From Candidatus Omnitrophota bacterium (lineage in GTDB: Bacteria > Omnitrophota > Gorgyraeia > Gygaellales > Profunditerraquicolaceae), in contig JBDRLG010000126.1 of assembly GCA_043813255.1 (NCBI GenBank), positions 2,882-66,881 of the forward strand: DNA of 64,000 bases, read 5' to 3'. Positions 27,093 to 37,083 of this stretch are shown piece after piece. Position 1 is the stretch's first letter. Every line of letters starts with the position of its first letter. Under the pieces are notes generated by a model. It worked only from the letters and a program-made list of their open reading frames with translations, did no database searches and was not told the origin of the DNA. A program made the translations under genes and the position numbers.

Positions 27093-29152
27093 AATATGCC
27101 TCCTAAGGAACAGATTAGAATTATAAGAGAGATCCCCGCGCCTAACTTAAAAGAAAAAGGCGAATAGATAAAATTAACAGTATATTGTCCGGGTTTATCT
27201 ATATAAACAGCCCTGAAAAAATAATTAGCACGGTAAATCTCGGTGCGTTTATCGTTTATATAAGCTTTCCAGCCGGGATAATGTGTGTCTGAAAGTACTA
27301 AGAATCCTTTAGAATTAGTTTTTAAACTGATTGATACTTTGCCGGGCTGGTATTTAGTGATATACGTATCAGATTTTAATTCAAGGGAAATATCTACCGG
27401 ATTTAATCCGGTGATTTTTTTCTCTAATATAACCGTCTTTTTAAGGTCAAAAGCTTTATCTTTTAAAGTATCCAATATTTGCTGTTTATCTTTTATAAAC
27501 ATGGCTTGATTAACAAAGAATACTCTCTGTAAGCTGTTTTTAAATTGGTAGCATGCAATTATATTGTCTTCGTATATTTTTTCAAATAAAGGACTGTTTT
27601 CATAATAATTTTCTATTTCTGGAAGTATTTTTTTATTTTCTTCATCTTCCTCTTCTGGCTTATTTAATATCACATATTTAGTGCCGCTGGCTTTTAAGTA
27701 ATTAGGGTATAAAAGGAAATTATAATACGCCTCTTCTTTAATTAAGGATATATTCAGGTTTGTTTTAGTAAATTCAAGATAACGTAAAAGTATTAAATTG
27801 CTTTGTCCGCTTGAGAAATAAGATTTCCCTTTGATAAAATATGTGTACTCAGAGTTTAGAAAAATTCGGCTCCTATCTTTAATTTCTAGTTTATCTAGTA
27901 ATTTATTGACACTTAAGTAAATTTGAAGGTCATTATTATTGTTATATGAATCCTTATATTTCTCTGAATAATTTTTTTGCCATGACAAAGAGATTGAAAA
28001 CAAAACCAATGTCAATAAAATTAATTTTATTATTTTAAACTTTATTTTTTCAATTCCGAATCCGGATAGTAGCGCTATAGAAAAAATAAAAATGTAGCTG
28101 GCGCGGATAGGCTTTTTAAAAAAAGAGAAAAAAGGCAGGTTTAAATACAGATAATTTGTTATAAAGTTCCGGCTGCTTAAAACAAGAAAAAGAATTGTGA
28201 TACATAAGTAGAAGTAATAATATTTAGGCTTATGCTTATTGAATAACGGAAAAAATGCCAGTAAAACCGCTGTTAAGCCGATAAATATATCCGGTTTATC
28301 GGTATTTAAAAAAATTATGGCCTTTAGGTATTCTATATTTAAATAATTAGAGTTATACATTAAATTATAATCTTTAATATAATATCTGGCTGAATTTTGG
28401 GCTAATTCCATTGTAGGTAAAAACTGGATTGAAAATATCCCTATGGAAATCAATATGATGAGAATAAAGGCAAAAAGTAGATTCCTTATAGTATAAAAAT
28501 TCTTAGTATCTTTCATGATAAAAAAAGATTTTAAAATAAAATAAGCTGTAAATAACAGAAAAAAATAATAAGAATATTGAATCCCGCCGCCTAATAATTG
28601 CATGCCATAAAAAATTCCTGTTAAGATTGCATATTTCCAGTTGATTAGTTTATTTAATGCTTTATTAAGAAAGAATAAAATCAAAGGAAACCAAATATAA
28701 GTATTAAGTATATTTGGTTCATATAGTCTGATCATCGCGAATATTATGCCTGCCGTCAAAGCGCCGGTTATTTTTATATTAATACTGCGGGCATATATAT
28801 ACATAAAGAATCCCGCAGTTAAGAAATAAAAGATATACATAAAATTGCTTACGGCAATATTTGACAGCGGAGTGTAGAACGGTATATAGATTCTTAAAAG
28901 AGTAAACGGAGATAATAAATTATAATAGTCCATATCGGCGAATAAAGGGCACCCGCAGGAAAAATAAGGGTTCCATAAAAAATATGCGGATTTTATAAAG
29001 GAAGAAACTATGTGGGAATGTACAAAAAAAACATCTGCCGGAAGATTATCAGCAAAATATTTAGCTTTGAATATAATATCTTTGAATAAAAAAATAGATA
29101 CCGCTATAAAAAGCAAAAAAATCAGAAGTTTTTTGAAGTATTTATAAAGCAT
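27050..29152 (-). CDS. YfhO-family GT-C membrane protein (paralog 1 of 3)
   Basis: LWNPYFSCGCP, QFLPTMEL, LSDTHYPGWKA, RANYFFRAV. Confidence 0.85.
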   Translation of the reverse strand: MLYKYFKKLLIFLLFIAVSIFLFKDIIFKAKYFADNLPADVFFVHSHIVSSFIKSAYFLWNPYFSCGCPLFADMDYYNLLSPFTLLRIYIPFYTPLSNIAVSNFMYIFYFLTAGFFMYIYARSINIKITGALTAGIIFAMIRLYEPNILNTYIWFPLILFFLNKALNKLINWKYAILTGIFYGMQLLGGGIQYSYYFFLLFTAYFILKSFFIMKDTKNFYTIRNLLFAFILIILISIGIFSIQFLPTMELAQNSARYYIKDYNLMYNSNYLNIEYLKAIIFLNTDKPDIFIGLTAVLLAFFPLFNKHKPKYYYFYLCITILFLVLSSRNFITNYLYLNLPFFSFFKKPIRASYIFIFSIALLSGFGIEKIKFKIIKLILLTLVLFSISLSWQKNYSEKYKDSYNNNNDLQIYLSVNKLLDKLEIKDRSRIFLNSEYTYFIKGKSYFSSGQSNLILLRYLEFTKTNLNISLIKEEAYYNFLLYPNYLKASGTKYVILNKPEEEDEENKKILPEIENYYENSPLFEKIYEDNIIACYQFKNSLQRVFFVNQAMFIKDKQQILDTLKDKAFDLKKTVILEKKITGLNPVDISLELKSDTYITKYQPGKVSISLKTNSKGFLVLSDTHYPGWKAYINDKRTEIYRANYFFRAVYIDKPGQYTVNFIYSPFSFKLGAGISLIILICSLGGIFWLKRRFLHQIKKK

Positions 29153-31023
29153 TATTTCATAAAAACTTTATGCCATGTTAAAAATGTATATATTGTCCAT
29201 AGCTTACGGCTGTTGTCGAATTTATTGTTAAGGTGGTCTTTTATTAATTGCTTGATATAATAAGGGTTAAAATATTTTGTTTTAATAGTATTTTGTTCCG
29301 ATAACACATCTAATATTATATTTTTCTTTTTCTGCCTTATCCAGATTTTATCCGGGCTGCTTAAGCCATGTTTGGATTTTTTAAGTATTTTTTGAGGTAA
29401 TTTTCCCCGCATCGCTTTTCTTAATATATATTTTGTTTTAAAGTTCTTAATTTTCATTTCCGCGGGAATCGCTGCCGCAAACTCCACTAAATCTGAATCT
29501 AAATACGGAGTTCTTACTCTAAAAGAATTCATTTTGTTTAATGAGTTTTCAAAAAATAATATATTATCAGCCAGGTTAATTTTTAAGTCATTATGCAAAG
29601 CAGCATCCAGCCCGTAATTGTTTTTAAATTTATTTTCAGCTATTTTATTTTTATAATTTAAAAAAGAATCTTTAAATATCCTGTCTTCCAATAAGGTATT
29701 TTTTAAAAGTTCTTTCTTGTCTTCTTCCGTGAATATTTCTCTCCAATGGTAATGCACCCTTTCCGCAGGAAGAGTTGAGCCGTAAATAAAGTCACGGATT
29801 TTATAATTAAGGCTGATCGGTTTATAAGAATCAGGTATTAATTGTGTTAAAGGAGAAACAATGTATTTTTTTAAAAAATCAGGTATATTTTTATAAAGCG
29901 GAATCAGGATATCTGCCAGATGAGTAAGATATCCTGCGAAAAGTTCATCTCCTCCTTCCCCTGAAAAAGATATGTCCACCTCTCTGCTTGTATAATTGAC
30001 TAGAAAATAATAAGGAATAATCGTAGATTCAGAAATGATATCTCCTAAATTCCAAATAATATCCTCATAGGAACTAAGCGGATTATCCGGCAATATGTAA
30101 TGACGATGTTTGGTATTATAATGTTTGGAGACAATTCCTGCATATTTTGTTTCATCGTAATATTTTTCTTTAAATCCGATACTAAAAGTATTTATTTGAG
30201 ATTTATACATTTCAGCTATGGTATGAGCGATACTGCTTGAATCTAATCCTCCGCTTAAAAAAAGGCCCCAAGGGCGGCTGTTGGGCAGCCTTCTCTTTAC
30301 AGCTTTGCATATTAAATCCAGCGAATTTTCTATGTAATATTCTTCTGAAAATGTTTTATTCTGATAATTAAAGTTATTCTGCCAGTATTCTTTTGTCTGT
30401 ACGCCGGCATTCGATATGGTTGCTAAATATCCTGGAGGAAGTTTATTGATATTATTAAATATTGTTTTAGGAGAAGGTACATAACCGAAAGATAAATAAT
30501 CATAAAAACTATTGACGTCCATTGTTTTTGAGTATTCTTTGTCTTGTAAGATGGCTTTTATATCAGAAGAAAAAATAATGCTGTTTTTACAGACAGCATA
30601 ATAAATTTGTTTTACTCCCAGTTTATCCCGGACCAAAGTTAAAATTCTCTTGTTATTATCCCAGATAGCCAGGGAAAATATGCCGTCTAATTTATTGAAA
30701 TTTTCAGTCCCTTCTTCATATAAATGTATAATAATTTCCATATCTGAGAAACTTTTAAAAGTATGGCCTTTTTTAACAAGGTTTTCTTTCAGCTCAGCAT
30801 GGTTGTAAATTTCACCTTCAGCGGCTAAATAAACAGAATTATTTTCATTATGTAAAAGTTCAGCGTTAATAGAATTGTATAAGCATAAGCCGATATTATT
30901 TTTAACAAGGACGTTTCTATCATGGTAACTATTTTTCAATTTTAATTTTTCAGACATATCTAAAAAAGATTCTTTGACAAGTTTTTGTTTAGGATCAAGG
31001 TTATATTTTCCATAAATCAGCAT
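29152..31023 (-). CDS. AsnB-like ATP-dependent amide ligase with degenerate glutaminase domain
   Basis: LSGGLDSS, SGEGGDELFAGY and RTPYLD intact; N-terminus MLIYG lacks the catalytic Cys. Confidence 0.88.
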   Translation of the reverse strand: MLIYGKYNLDPKQKLVKESFLDMSEKLKLKNSYHDRNVLVKNNIGLCLYNSINAELLHNENNSVYLAAEGEIYNHAELKENLVKKGHTFKSFSDMEIIIHLYEEGTENFNKLDGIFSLAIWDNNKRILTLVRDKLGVKQIYYAVCKNSIIFSSDIKAILQDKEYSKTMDVNSFYDYLSFGYVPSPKTIFNNINKLPPGYLATISNAGVQTKEYWQNNFNYQNKTFSEEYYIENSLDLICKAVKRRLPNSRPWGLFLSGGLDSSSIAHTIAEMYKSQINTFSIGFKEKYYDETKYAGIVSKHYNTKHRHYILPDNPLSSYEDIIWNLGDIISESTIIPYYFLVNYTSREVDISFSGEGGDELFAGYLTHLADILIPLYKNIPDFLKKYIVSPLTQLIPDSYKPISLNYKIRDFIYGSTLPAERVHYHWREIFTEEDKKELLKNTLLEDRIFKDSFLNYKNKIAENKFKNNYGLDAALHNDLKINLADNILFFENSLNKMNSFRVRTPYLDSDLVEFAAAIPAEMKIKNFKTKYILRKAMRGKLPQKILKKSKHGLSSPDKIWIRQKKKNIILDVLSEQNTIKTKYFNPYYIKQLIKDHLNNKFDNSRKLWTIYTFLTWHKVFMK

Positions 31024-33131
31024 AATTTATTCTCCAATTTGGTTTTATTTTTAAGATAAAGGATACTTATTATACAACAAATTAGGGTTATAATAGAAAT
31101 AATAGCACCTAGTTTAAAAGCAAAAGGCGAATAGATAAAGCTAATAGTATATTCACCGGGTTTGTCTATATAAATAGCCCTGAAAAGATAGTTAGCCCGG
31201 TAAATCTCGGCTTGTTTATTGTTTACATAGGTTTTCCATCCGGGATAATAAGTATCTGAGAGCACCAAAAATCCCCTGGAGTTGGTTTTAAGGCTGATTG
31301 ATATTTTGCCGGGCTGGTAATCAGTAATCTGTGTATTGGATTCTAATTTAAGAGAGGTATCTTTTTGACTTAATCCAGAAATTTCTTTTTCCAATATAAC
31401 TGTTTCTTTGGGGTTAAAAGCTTTATCTTTAAAAGTATCCAGTATTTCCTGCTTATTTTTTATAAATAAGACTTGATTAACAAAGAATGCTCTTTGCATG
31501 CTGTCTCTGAATTGATAGCCAATGATTGCAGCATCTTCATATATTTTCTTAAATAACCGGTTGTTATCATAATAATTTATTATTTTCAGCAGTATCTGCT
31601 TGTTTTCATTATCCTCTTCTTCTGTTTTATTTAATACTATATATTTGGTATTACTAGCTTTTAAATAATTAGGATACAAAAGAAAATCATAATATAAGTT
31701 ATCTTGTATTTTATCAATATTGATGATAGAAGTCTTACTGAATTCAATATTCCTGGCGGGAATAAGATCACTTTGTCCTCCTAAAAAATAAGGGATATGA
31801 TTTAATAAATAAATACTTTTTTCATCAAAATCCAGATATACCCTGTATTTGTCTATGTCTGGAATGTCTTTTAATAAATTGTTAATATCATCGTAAAAAA
31901 TAAAAGAATCTTCAGATTGAGATTTAGAATATAAGGATGAAAATTCTGTTGAATGGAATATATTCCAAGCATAATAAATAGATATAATAACCGAAAGAAA
32001 TAATATCAATTTTATTATTTTATTCCTGATATTTTGTAGTCCTATCCCTGCCATAATTGAGACAGAAAAAATAAAAAATAAAGTAGACCTTATTGGAGAA
32101 ATAAAAAATGAGAAAGAAGGCAGATGGTTATATAAGAACCTGGTTAATATACTGGGAATGCTGATAAAAATAAAAAATATCGCAATTGAAAGATAAAAAT
32201 AATAGAATTTATTTTTATTTTTGTGTAATAATGGAGTTAAAGCAAGAATAATAGTAGGAATACCGGTAAAACTGAACATTTCACCTTTTCTTCCAGAGAA
32301 AAATATTTTTGATAAATTATTTAGTGTTTCTTGACTGTAACTTATATTAAAATCTTTTAAATAAAATCTAACTGAATGTATTGTTAATTCTATTGTGGGT
32401 AAAAGCTGAATAGCGGCTATACTTATGCCAGTTAAGAAAATAGTCAAAAATAAGAAACAAGATTGTTTTAAGTATGTCATATTTAAAGGAATATTCTTGA
32501 ATTTTGAAAAATATCTGAAAATAAAATATAGTATAAAAAATACAGAAAAATAATATGAATATTGCGGCAGACTAGTTGCAATTAAAATGCCGTATAATAA
32601 ACCCGTAATTATGCCATATTTCCAGTTTATTTTTTTCTCTGCTATGGATTTTTCAAACATAAAAAGAATGATAGGTATATAAATATATCCATTAACTGAA
32701 GGAATTTTATATCTGCGTATAATACCGAAAATAACAGCACTAAGGAAAGCGGATAATTTATTCAAACCTATATTTTTAGCATATAAATACATAAAAAGGC
32801 AGCATAGCGGATAAGAAATAATATAAGCTAAATTAAATGCTATGAAAGTAAATGAAGGGAAAAAATGTTGTATAAATACTCTTAAGATCGTAAAAGGACT
32901 TAATAAACAATAACATATATCAGCAAATAAAGGAAAACCGCAAAAATAATAAGGATTCCATAAAAAAAATGAATGTTTTATTAGAATTAAAGGGATATAA
33001 CAATGTGCATAAGGATCTGCGCTTGGCATAAGATTCCTATATAGCATGCTTTTTGACAGAATATCTTTAAATATAAAAATGCCAATAATGAAAAAAAACA
33101 GAAATATCAGCCAGTTTTCTTTTTTAGCCAA
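31017..33131 (-). CDS. YfhO-family GT-C membrane protein (paralog 2 of 3)
   Basis: LWNPYYFCGFP, QLLPTIEL, LSDTYYPGWK, RANYLFRA. Confidence 0.85.
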   Translation of the reverse strand: MAKKENWLIFLFFFIIGIFIFKDILSKSMLYRNLMPSADPYAHCYIPLILIKHSFFLWNPYYFCGFPLFADICYCLLSPFTILRVFIQHFFPSFTFIAFNLAYIISYPLCCLFMYLYAKNIGLNKLSAFLSAVIFGIIRRYKIPSVNGYIYIPIILFMFEKSIAEKKINWKYGIITGLLYGILIATSLPQYSYYFSVFFILYFIFRYFSKFKNIPLNMTYLKQSCFLFLTIFLTGISIAAIQLLPTIELTIHSVRFYLKDFNISYSQETLNNLSKIFFSGRKGEMFSFTGIPTIILALTPLLHKNKNKFYYFYLSIAIFFIFISIPSILTRFLYNHLPSFSFFISPIRSTLFFIFSVSIMAGIGLQNIRNKIIKLILFLSVIISIYYAWNIFHSTEFSSLYSKSQSEDSFIFYDDINNLLKDIPDIDKYRVYLDFDEKSIYLLNHIPYFLGGQSDLIPARNIEFSKTSIINIDKIQDNLYYDFLLYPNYLKASNTKYIVLNKTEEEDNENKQILLKIINYYDNNRLFKKIYEDAAIIGYQFRDSMQRAFFVNQVLFIKNKQEILDTFKDKAFNPKETVILEKEISGLSQKDTSLKLESNTQITDYQPGKISISLKTNSRGFLVLSDTYYPGWKTYVNNKQAEIYRANYLFRAIYIDKPGEYTISFIYSPFAFKLGAIISIITLICCIISILYLKNKTKLENKLC

Positions 33132-35188
33132 AATATGCCTCCTAAGGAACAGATTAGAGTTATAAGAGATATCCCTGCGCCTAATTTAAAAGAAAAAGGC
33201 GAATAAATGAAATTAACAGTATATTCGCCGGGTTTATCAATGTAAACAGCCCTAAAGAGATAATTAGCGCGGTAAATTTCAGCGGCGTTACCGTTTATAT
33301 AAGCCTTCCAGCCGGGATAATAGGTATCGGAAAGCACAAGAAAGCCTTTAGAGTTGGTTTTAAGGTTAATTGATACTTTTCCGGGTTGATAATCAGTAAT
33401 ATATGTTTTAGATTCTAATTTAAAAGGATTGTTTATTGAATTCAATCCGGCGGGTATTTGCTTTTCCAGTATAACTGCTTCTTTGGGTTCAAACATATTG
33501 TCTTTTAGAGTATCTAGTATTTGCTGTTTGTCTTTTATAAGTACAGCTTTATTGACAAGCACTACCCTTGCCATGCTGTCTTTAAAAGAATATCCTTTGA
33601 TTAAATTATCTTCATATATTTTTTCAAATAAAGGACTGTTTTCATAATAATTTTCTATCTTTGGTGTCATTCCTTCATTTTTCGCGTTCCCTTCTTCTAT
33701 TTTATCAAATATTATATATTTAGTGCCGCTAACTTTTAAGTAATTAGGGTATAACAGAAAATTATAATAAGCATATGCTCTCAATTTATCAATATTGCAA
33801 GTATTGGTTTTACTGAATTCCAGATAATGAGAAAGAACTAAATCACTAGAACCGCAAGAAAGATAAAATTTATATTTGGCCCAATTAACATCGTCTTGAT
33901 TTATAAATATCCTATAGTTCGTCAGAATCGGCTCTACAGTGTATAATTTTTTACTAAGTGCCTGATATCGTTTTTGGTTTGCGGAAAATTCAGTTATTTT
34001 ATTATAATGCCTGTCATATATACCGATTTTCCAAAAAGGATATATTTGCAATAAAAAAATGAATAATAGTAATATTTTTAAAGAAGTTGATTTTAATTTT
34101 TCTATCCCTGCCCCTGCTAAGATAGCAACTGAAAAAATACAAATATAGAATGCCCGTAAGTGTTTTTGTAAAAAGTTAAATGCCGGCAGATGATAGTATA
34201 AAAATTGAGAGACCGGGTGTTTACTGCTGATAATAAAAAAAATAAAGATAATAGACAGATAAAAGTAATAATAAGGAGTCTTTTTTCTGTAAAACACAGG
34301 TATTAAAGATAACATAATAGTCATTATTCCTAAGAAAACACGTGATCGGGAATAGTCAAATAATATTATGCTTTTTAAATAATCAAGGTTTAAATACTGG
34401 TAAGCATAGGATAAGTTGAATTTATTTAAATAAAACCGGGAAGATTCTTTTGCCAGTTCAATTGTCGGCAGTATTTGTACTGCGCTTATGCCAAACCCAA
34501 TAATAAAAATAAGAAAAAGCTTCAATATCTTTAGGTCAATTTTTTTAAATTGTAAGTAGAACCTGAAGATAAAATAAATACAGAGAAAAATTGAAAAATA
34601 ATATAATTCTTGTGTGGCTCCGCTTAAAAATTGCAAGGCATAAAAAATACCGGCTAAAATAATGTAATAAGTATTAAGGCATGTTTTTTGGAAAGACTTT
34701 TCGATGAAAAACAATATTATGCCGACCCAAACCCGTGCGGCAAATTCATGTGTCCCGCCTGCATCGGTACAGAAAAAAATATTATAAGTATAGATTAAAC
34801 CGCTTAATACAGCCCCTATCTTTCCTATGTTTATAGCTCTGGCATATAAATAAAGAAAGAATCCCGCTAGAGAAAAATGTAAAATATATATAAAATTAAA
34901 AGCAATAAAATTAGGTATATGAAATAGATATTGCAGAAGGAATATTAAAATCGTAAAGATATTTAAGAAATGTTTTCTATTAATTTCAGCTAAGTGAGGA
35001 AATCCGCAATATATATAAGGGTTCCAGAGTAAAGAACCTTGTTCTTCTAATTCGACTATAGTTCTTGGATAAATATAGTTTTTTTGTGAATTATTATTAA
35101 GGGTAATAAAAAAATCCTTATTAAAGAATATTACTGATATTAATACGAAAAATATAAAAATTAATATATTTTGATGAAGATTTTTCAT
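33107..35188 (-). CDS. YfhO-family GT-C membrane protein (paralog 3 of 3)
   Basis: LWNPYIYCGFP, QILPTIEL, LSDTYYPGWKA; start moved to MKNLHQ (ATGA overlap). Confidence 0.85.
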   Translation of the reverse strand: MKNLHQNILIFIFFVLISVIFFNKDFFITLNNNSQKNYIYPRTIVELEEQGSLLWNPYIYCGFPHLAEINRKHFLNIFTILIFLLQYLFHIPNFIAFNFIYILHFSLAGFFLYLYARAINIGKIGAVLSGLIYTYNIFFCTDAGGTHEFAARVWVGIILFFIEKSFQKTCLNTYYIILAGIFYALQFLSGATQELYYFSIFLCIYFIFRFYLQFKKIDLKILKLFLIFIIGFGISAVQILPTIELAKESSRFYLNKFNLSYAYQYLNLDYLKSIILFDYSRSRVFLGIMTIMLSLIPVFYRKKTPYYYFYLSIIFIFFIISSKHPVSQFLYYHLPAFNFLQKHLRAFYICIFSVAILAGAGIEKLKSTSLKILLLFIFLLQIYPFWKIGIYDRHYNKITEFSANQKRYQALSKKLYTVEPILTNYRIFINQDDVNWAKYKFYLSCGSSDLVLSHYLEFSKTNTCNIDKLRAYAYYNFLLYPNYLKVSGTKYIIFDKIEEGNAKNEGMTPKIENYYENSPLFEKIYEDNLIKGYSFKDSMARVVLVNKAVLIKDKQQILDTLKDNMFEPKEAVILEKQIPAGLNSINNPFKLESKTYITDYQPGKVSINLKTNSKGFLVLSDTYYPGWKAYINGNAAEIYRANYLFRAVYIDKPGEYTVNFIYSPFSFKLGAGISLITLICSLGGIFWLKKKTG

Positions 35189-36885
35189 TTTTTTAGCATG
35201 TAATTTCCTAATACTAATATATCTATCCGGCTGTTTAAATAACAGTTTATCGCATCTGCCGGCGAACAAACAATGGGCTCATCGCCTCTGTTAAAAGAAG
35301 TATTTAATACCATAGGAATTCCTGTTAAACGGTAAAATTCATTAATCAATTTCCGGAATTTAGGGTTGTTTTGTTCATCGATGCATTGAACTCTAATAGA
35401 GTTATCTATGTGGATAACTGCCGGAATCTTTCTTTTCTTTGTTTTACATACTTTGTAAACAAATTGCATATATGGAGAACCGGAAGGACTGTTAAAATAT
35501 TCCTGAAGGTATTCTGATAATATAGTTACCGCGAAGGGATTAAATTCTCTGCGGTTTTTTATCTCTAACAGAACATTTTTTAAATGCAGGTTTCCGGGAT
35601 GGGCTAATATGCTTCTATTGCCCAGTGCCCGCGGGCCAAACTCCATCCTTTCCTGAAACCAGCCTATGATTTTATTCAAAGATAATAATTCAGCCGTTGT
35701 TTTTTCAATGTTTTTACAATATGTATAATTTAATCCGGATGAATTTATGGCTTTTTGTATCTCTATATCAGCGTAATCCGGTCCGAGAAAGTCTGTTTGA
35801 GGCAGAAGTATTCTTTTTGCAGAAGTTTTTTTATAATAGTAATACAGAGCTCCTCCTATAGAACAGCCTGCATCTGAAGGGTTCGGCTGAATATATATAT
35901 TCTTAAAAGGGGTATTTTCTTTCAATTTGCCATTCATAACAGCATTCAGCATTATCCCACCGGAAAGACATAAATTATCAATTTTAGTTTCTTGGTAAAA
36001 ATAATTAGTCATATATAGAACAATGTCCTCTAGCCTCTTTTGTAAACTCGCGGCGATATTATATTCTTTTGTTGTTATTGGTGTATTATTGATTCTGGGA
36101 TAACCAAAAATTCCGGTGAGTTTTTTAGAAGAAAAGGTTGTTTTATTGGGATAATTTAACCGGCCGTTTTTATAATCGAAGTAATCCAAATCTAAATAAA
36201 ACCCTCCCTTGGAAGATAATCTAATGATTTTTTTAAATTCATTATAATATTCAGGCTGCCCAAAGGCAGCTAATGCCATAATTTTAGATTCATCTTTTCC
36301 CGGCCGAAAACCTAAAAATGAGGTAAAAAGGGAATATACAAAACCTAAAGAATGCGGCACCCGTATTCTTTTCCAAGGGAATATTTTATTATCTTTGCCT
36401 ATCCATAATCCGCAGGAGTCTAATTCCCCGCGTCCATCAAGAGTAACTATGTTGGCTTTTTTATAGGGAGATTGAAAAAACGCGCCAGCGGCATGCGCTA
36501 TATGATGTTCTACGCAGGCAAATTCGCTTTTTGTCGCCAAAGATAAAAGATTATTGAAACGGCGTTTTATTTTTAAACTATTATGCTTAAATTCATCCCG
36601 GTTATTAAGATAAAAAAATATTGAATCAGGAAATAATCGTAATCCAAGGTAAATTTTTGCTAAAGTATTAAGCCATATACTATAGGGATAGATAATAAAG
36701 TCTATTTCGGATGGGGCTATCCCGCTTTTTTTAAAACAAAATTCAACGGACTTTTCCGGAAAAATATCAGTATATTTTATTCTGTTTAATCGTTCTTCCT
36801 GTACCGCGGCTAATATTCGGCCGTCTGAAATAATTGCGGCGGCAGAAGGCAATTCACTTTCAAAGATGATACCTAATATATTCAT
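35185..36885 (-). CDS. O-carbamoyltransferase (NodU/CmcH/TobZ family)
   Basis: QEERLNR, EHHIAHA, LDGRGE, EFGPRALGNRSILA, LNTSFN. Confidence 0.93.
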   Translation of the reverse strand: MNILGIIFESELPSAAAIISDGRILAAVQEERLNRIKYTDIFPEKSVEFCFKKSGIAPSEIDFIIYPYSIWLNTLAKIYLGLRLFPDSIFFYLNNRDEFKHNSLKIKRRFNNLLSLATKSEFACVEHHIAHAAGAFFQSPYKKANIVTLDGRGELDSCGLWIGKDNKIFPWKRIRVPHSLGFVYSLFTSFLGFRPGKDESKIMALAAFGQPEYYNEFKKIIRLSSKGGFYLDLDYFDYKNGRLNYPNKTTFSSKKLTGIFGYPRINNTPITTKEYNIAASLQKRLEDIVLYMTNYFYQETKIDNLCLSGGIMLNAVMNGKLKENTPFKNIYIQPNPSDAGCSIGGALYYYYKKTSAKRILLPQTDFLGPDYADIEIQKAINSSGLNYTYCKNIEKTTAELLSLNKIIGWFQERMEFGPRALGNRSILAHPGNLHLKNVLLEIKNRREFNPFAVTILSEYLQEYFNSPSGSPYMQFVYKVCKTKKRKIPAVIHIDNSIRVQCIDEQNNPKFRKLINEFYRLTGIPMVLNTSFNRGDEPIVCSPADAINCYLNSRIDILVLGNYMLKK

Positions 36886-37083
36886 TTTAATTTTTTTTAA
36901 AATTCAGCAGAATTAAGCCATTTTTATTTGCTATATTATCAATTTCATCCTTATGCTTTTTTTATTGGACCCTATATCTAAATCTGAATGCCCAGCATAT
37001 TTTTAAAAAATAAAAATAATAACTGTTTTTATTATAAAGGCATTTTTTCATAGTGGATAAGTACTTTATCTCTTATAAATATA

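Noticed and set aside
29152-31023. Lasso peptide cyclase (also lacks the N-terminal Cys)
   Set aside because: No B1/B2 peptidase or precursor nearby; the context is entirely glycan-related
27050-33790. Diversity-generating retroelement TR/VR pair among the similar YfhO 3' ends
   Set aside because: No reverse transcriptase in the window, all copies are coding, and the differences I compared are not adenine-specific
36886-37083. 198-bp gap with short ORF fragments, possible peptide or gene remnant
   Set aside because: No recognisable motif or convincing frame; cannot be supported by eye
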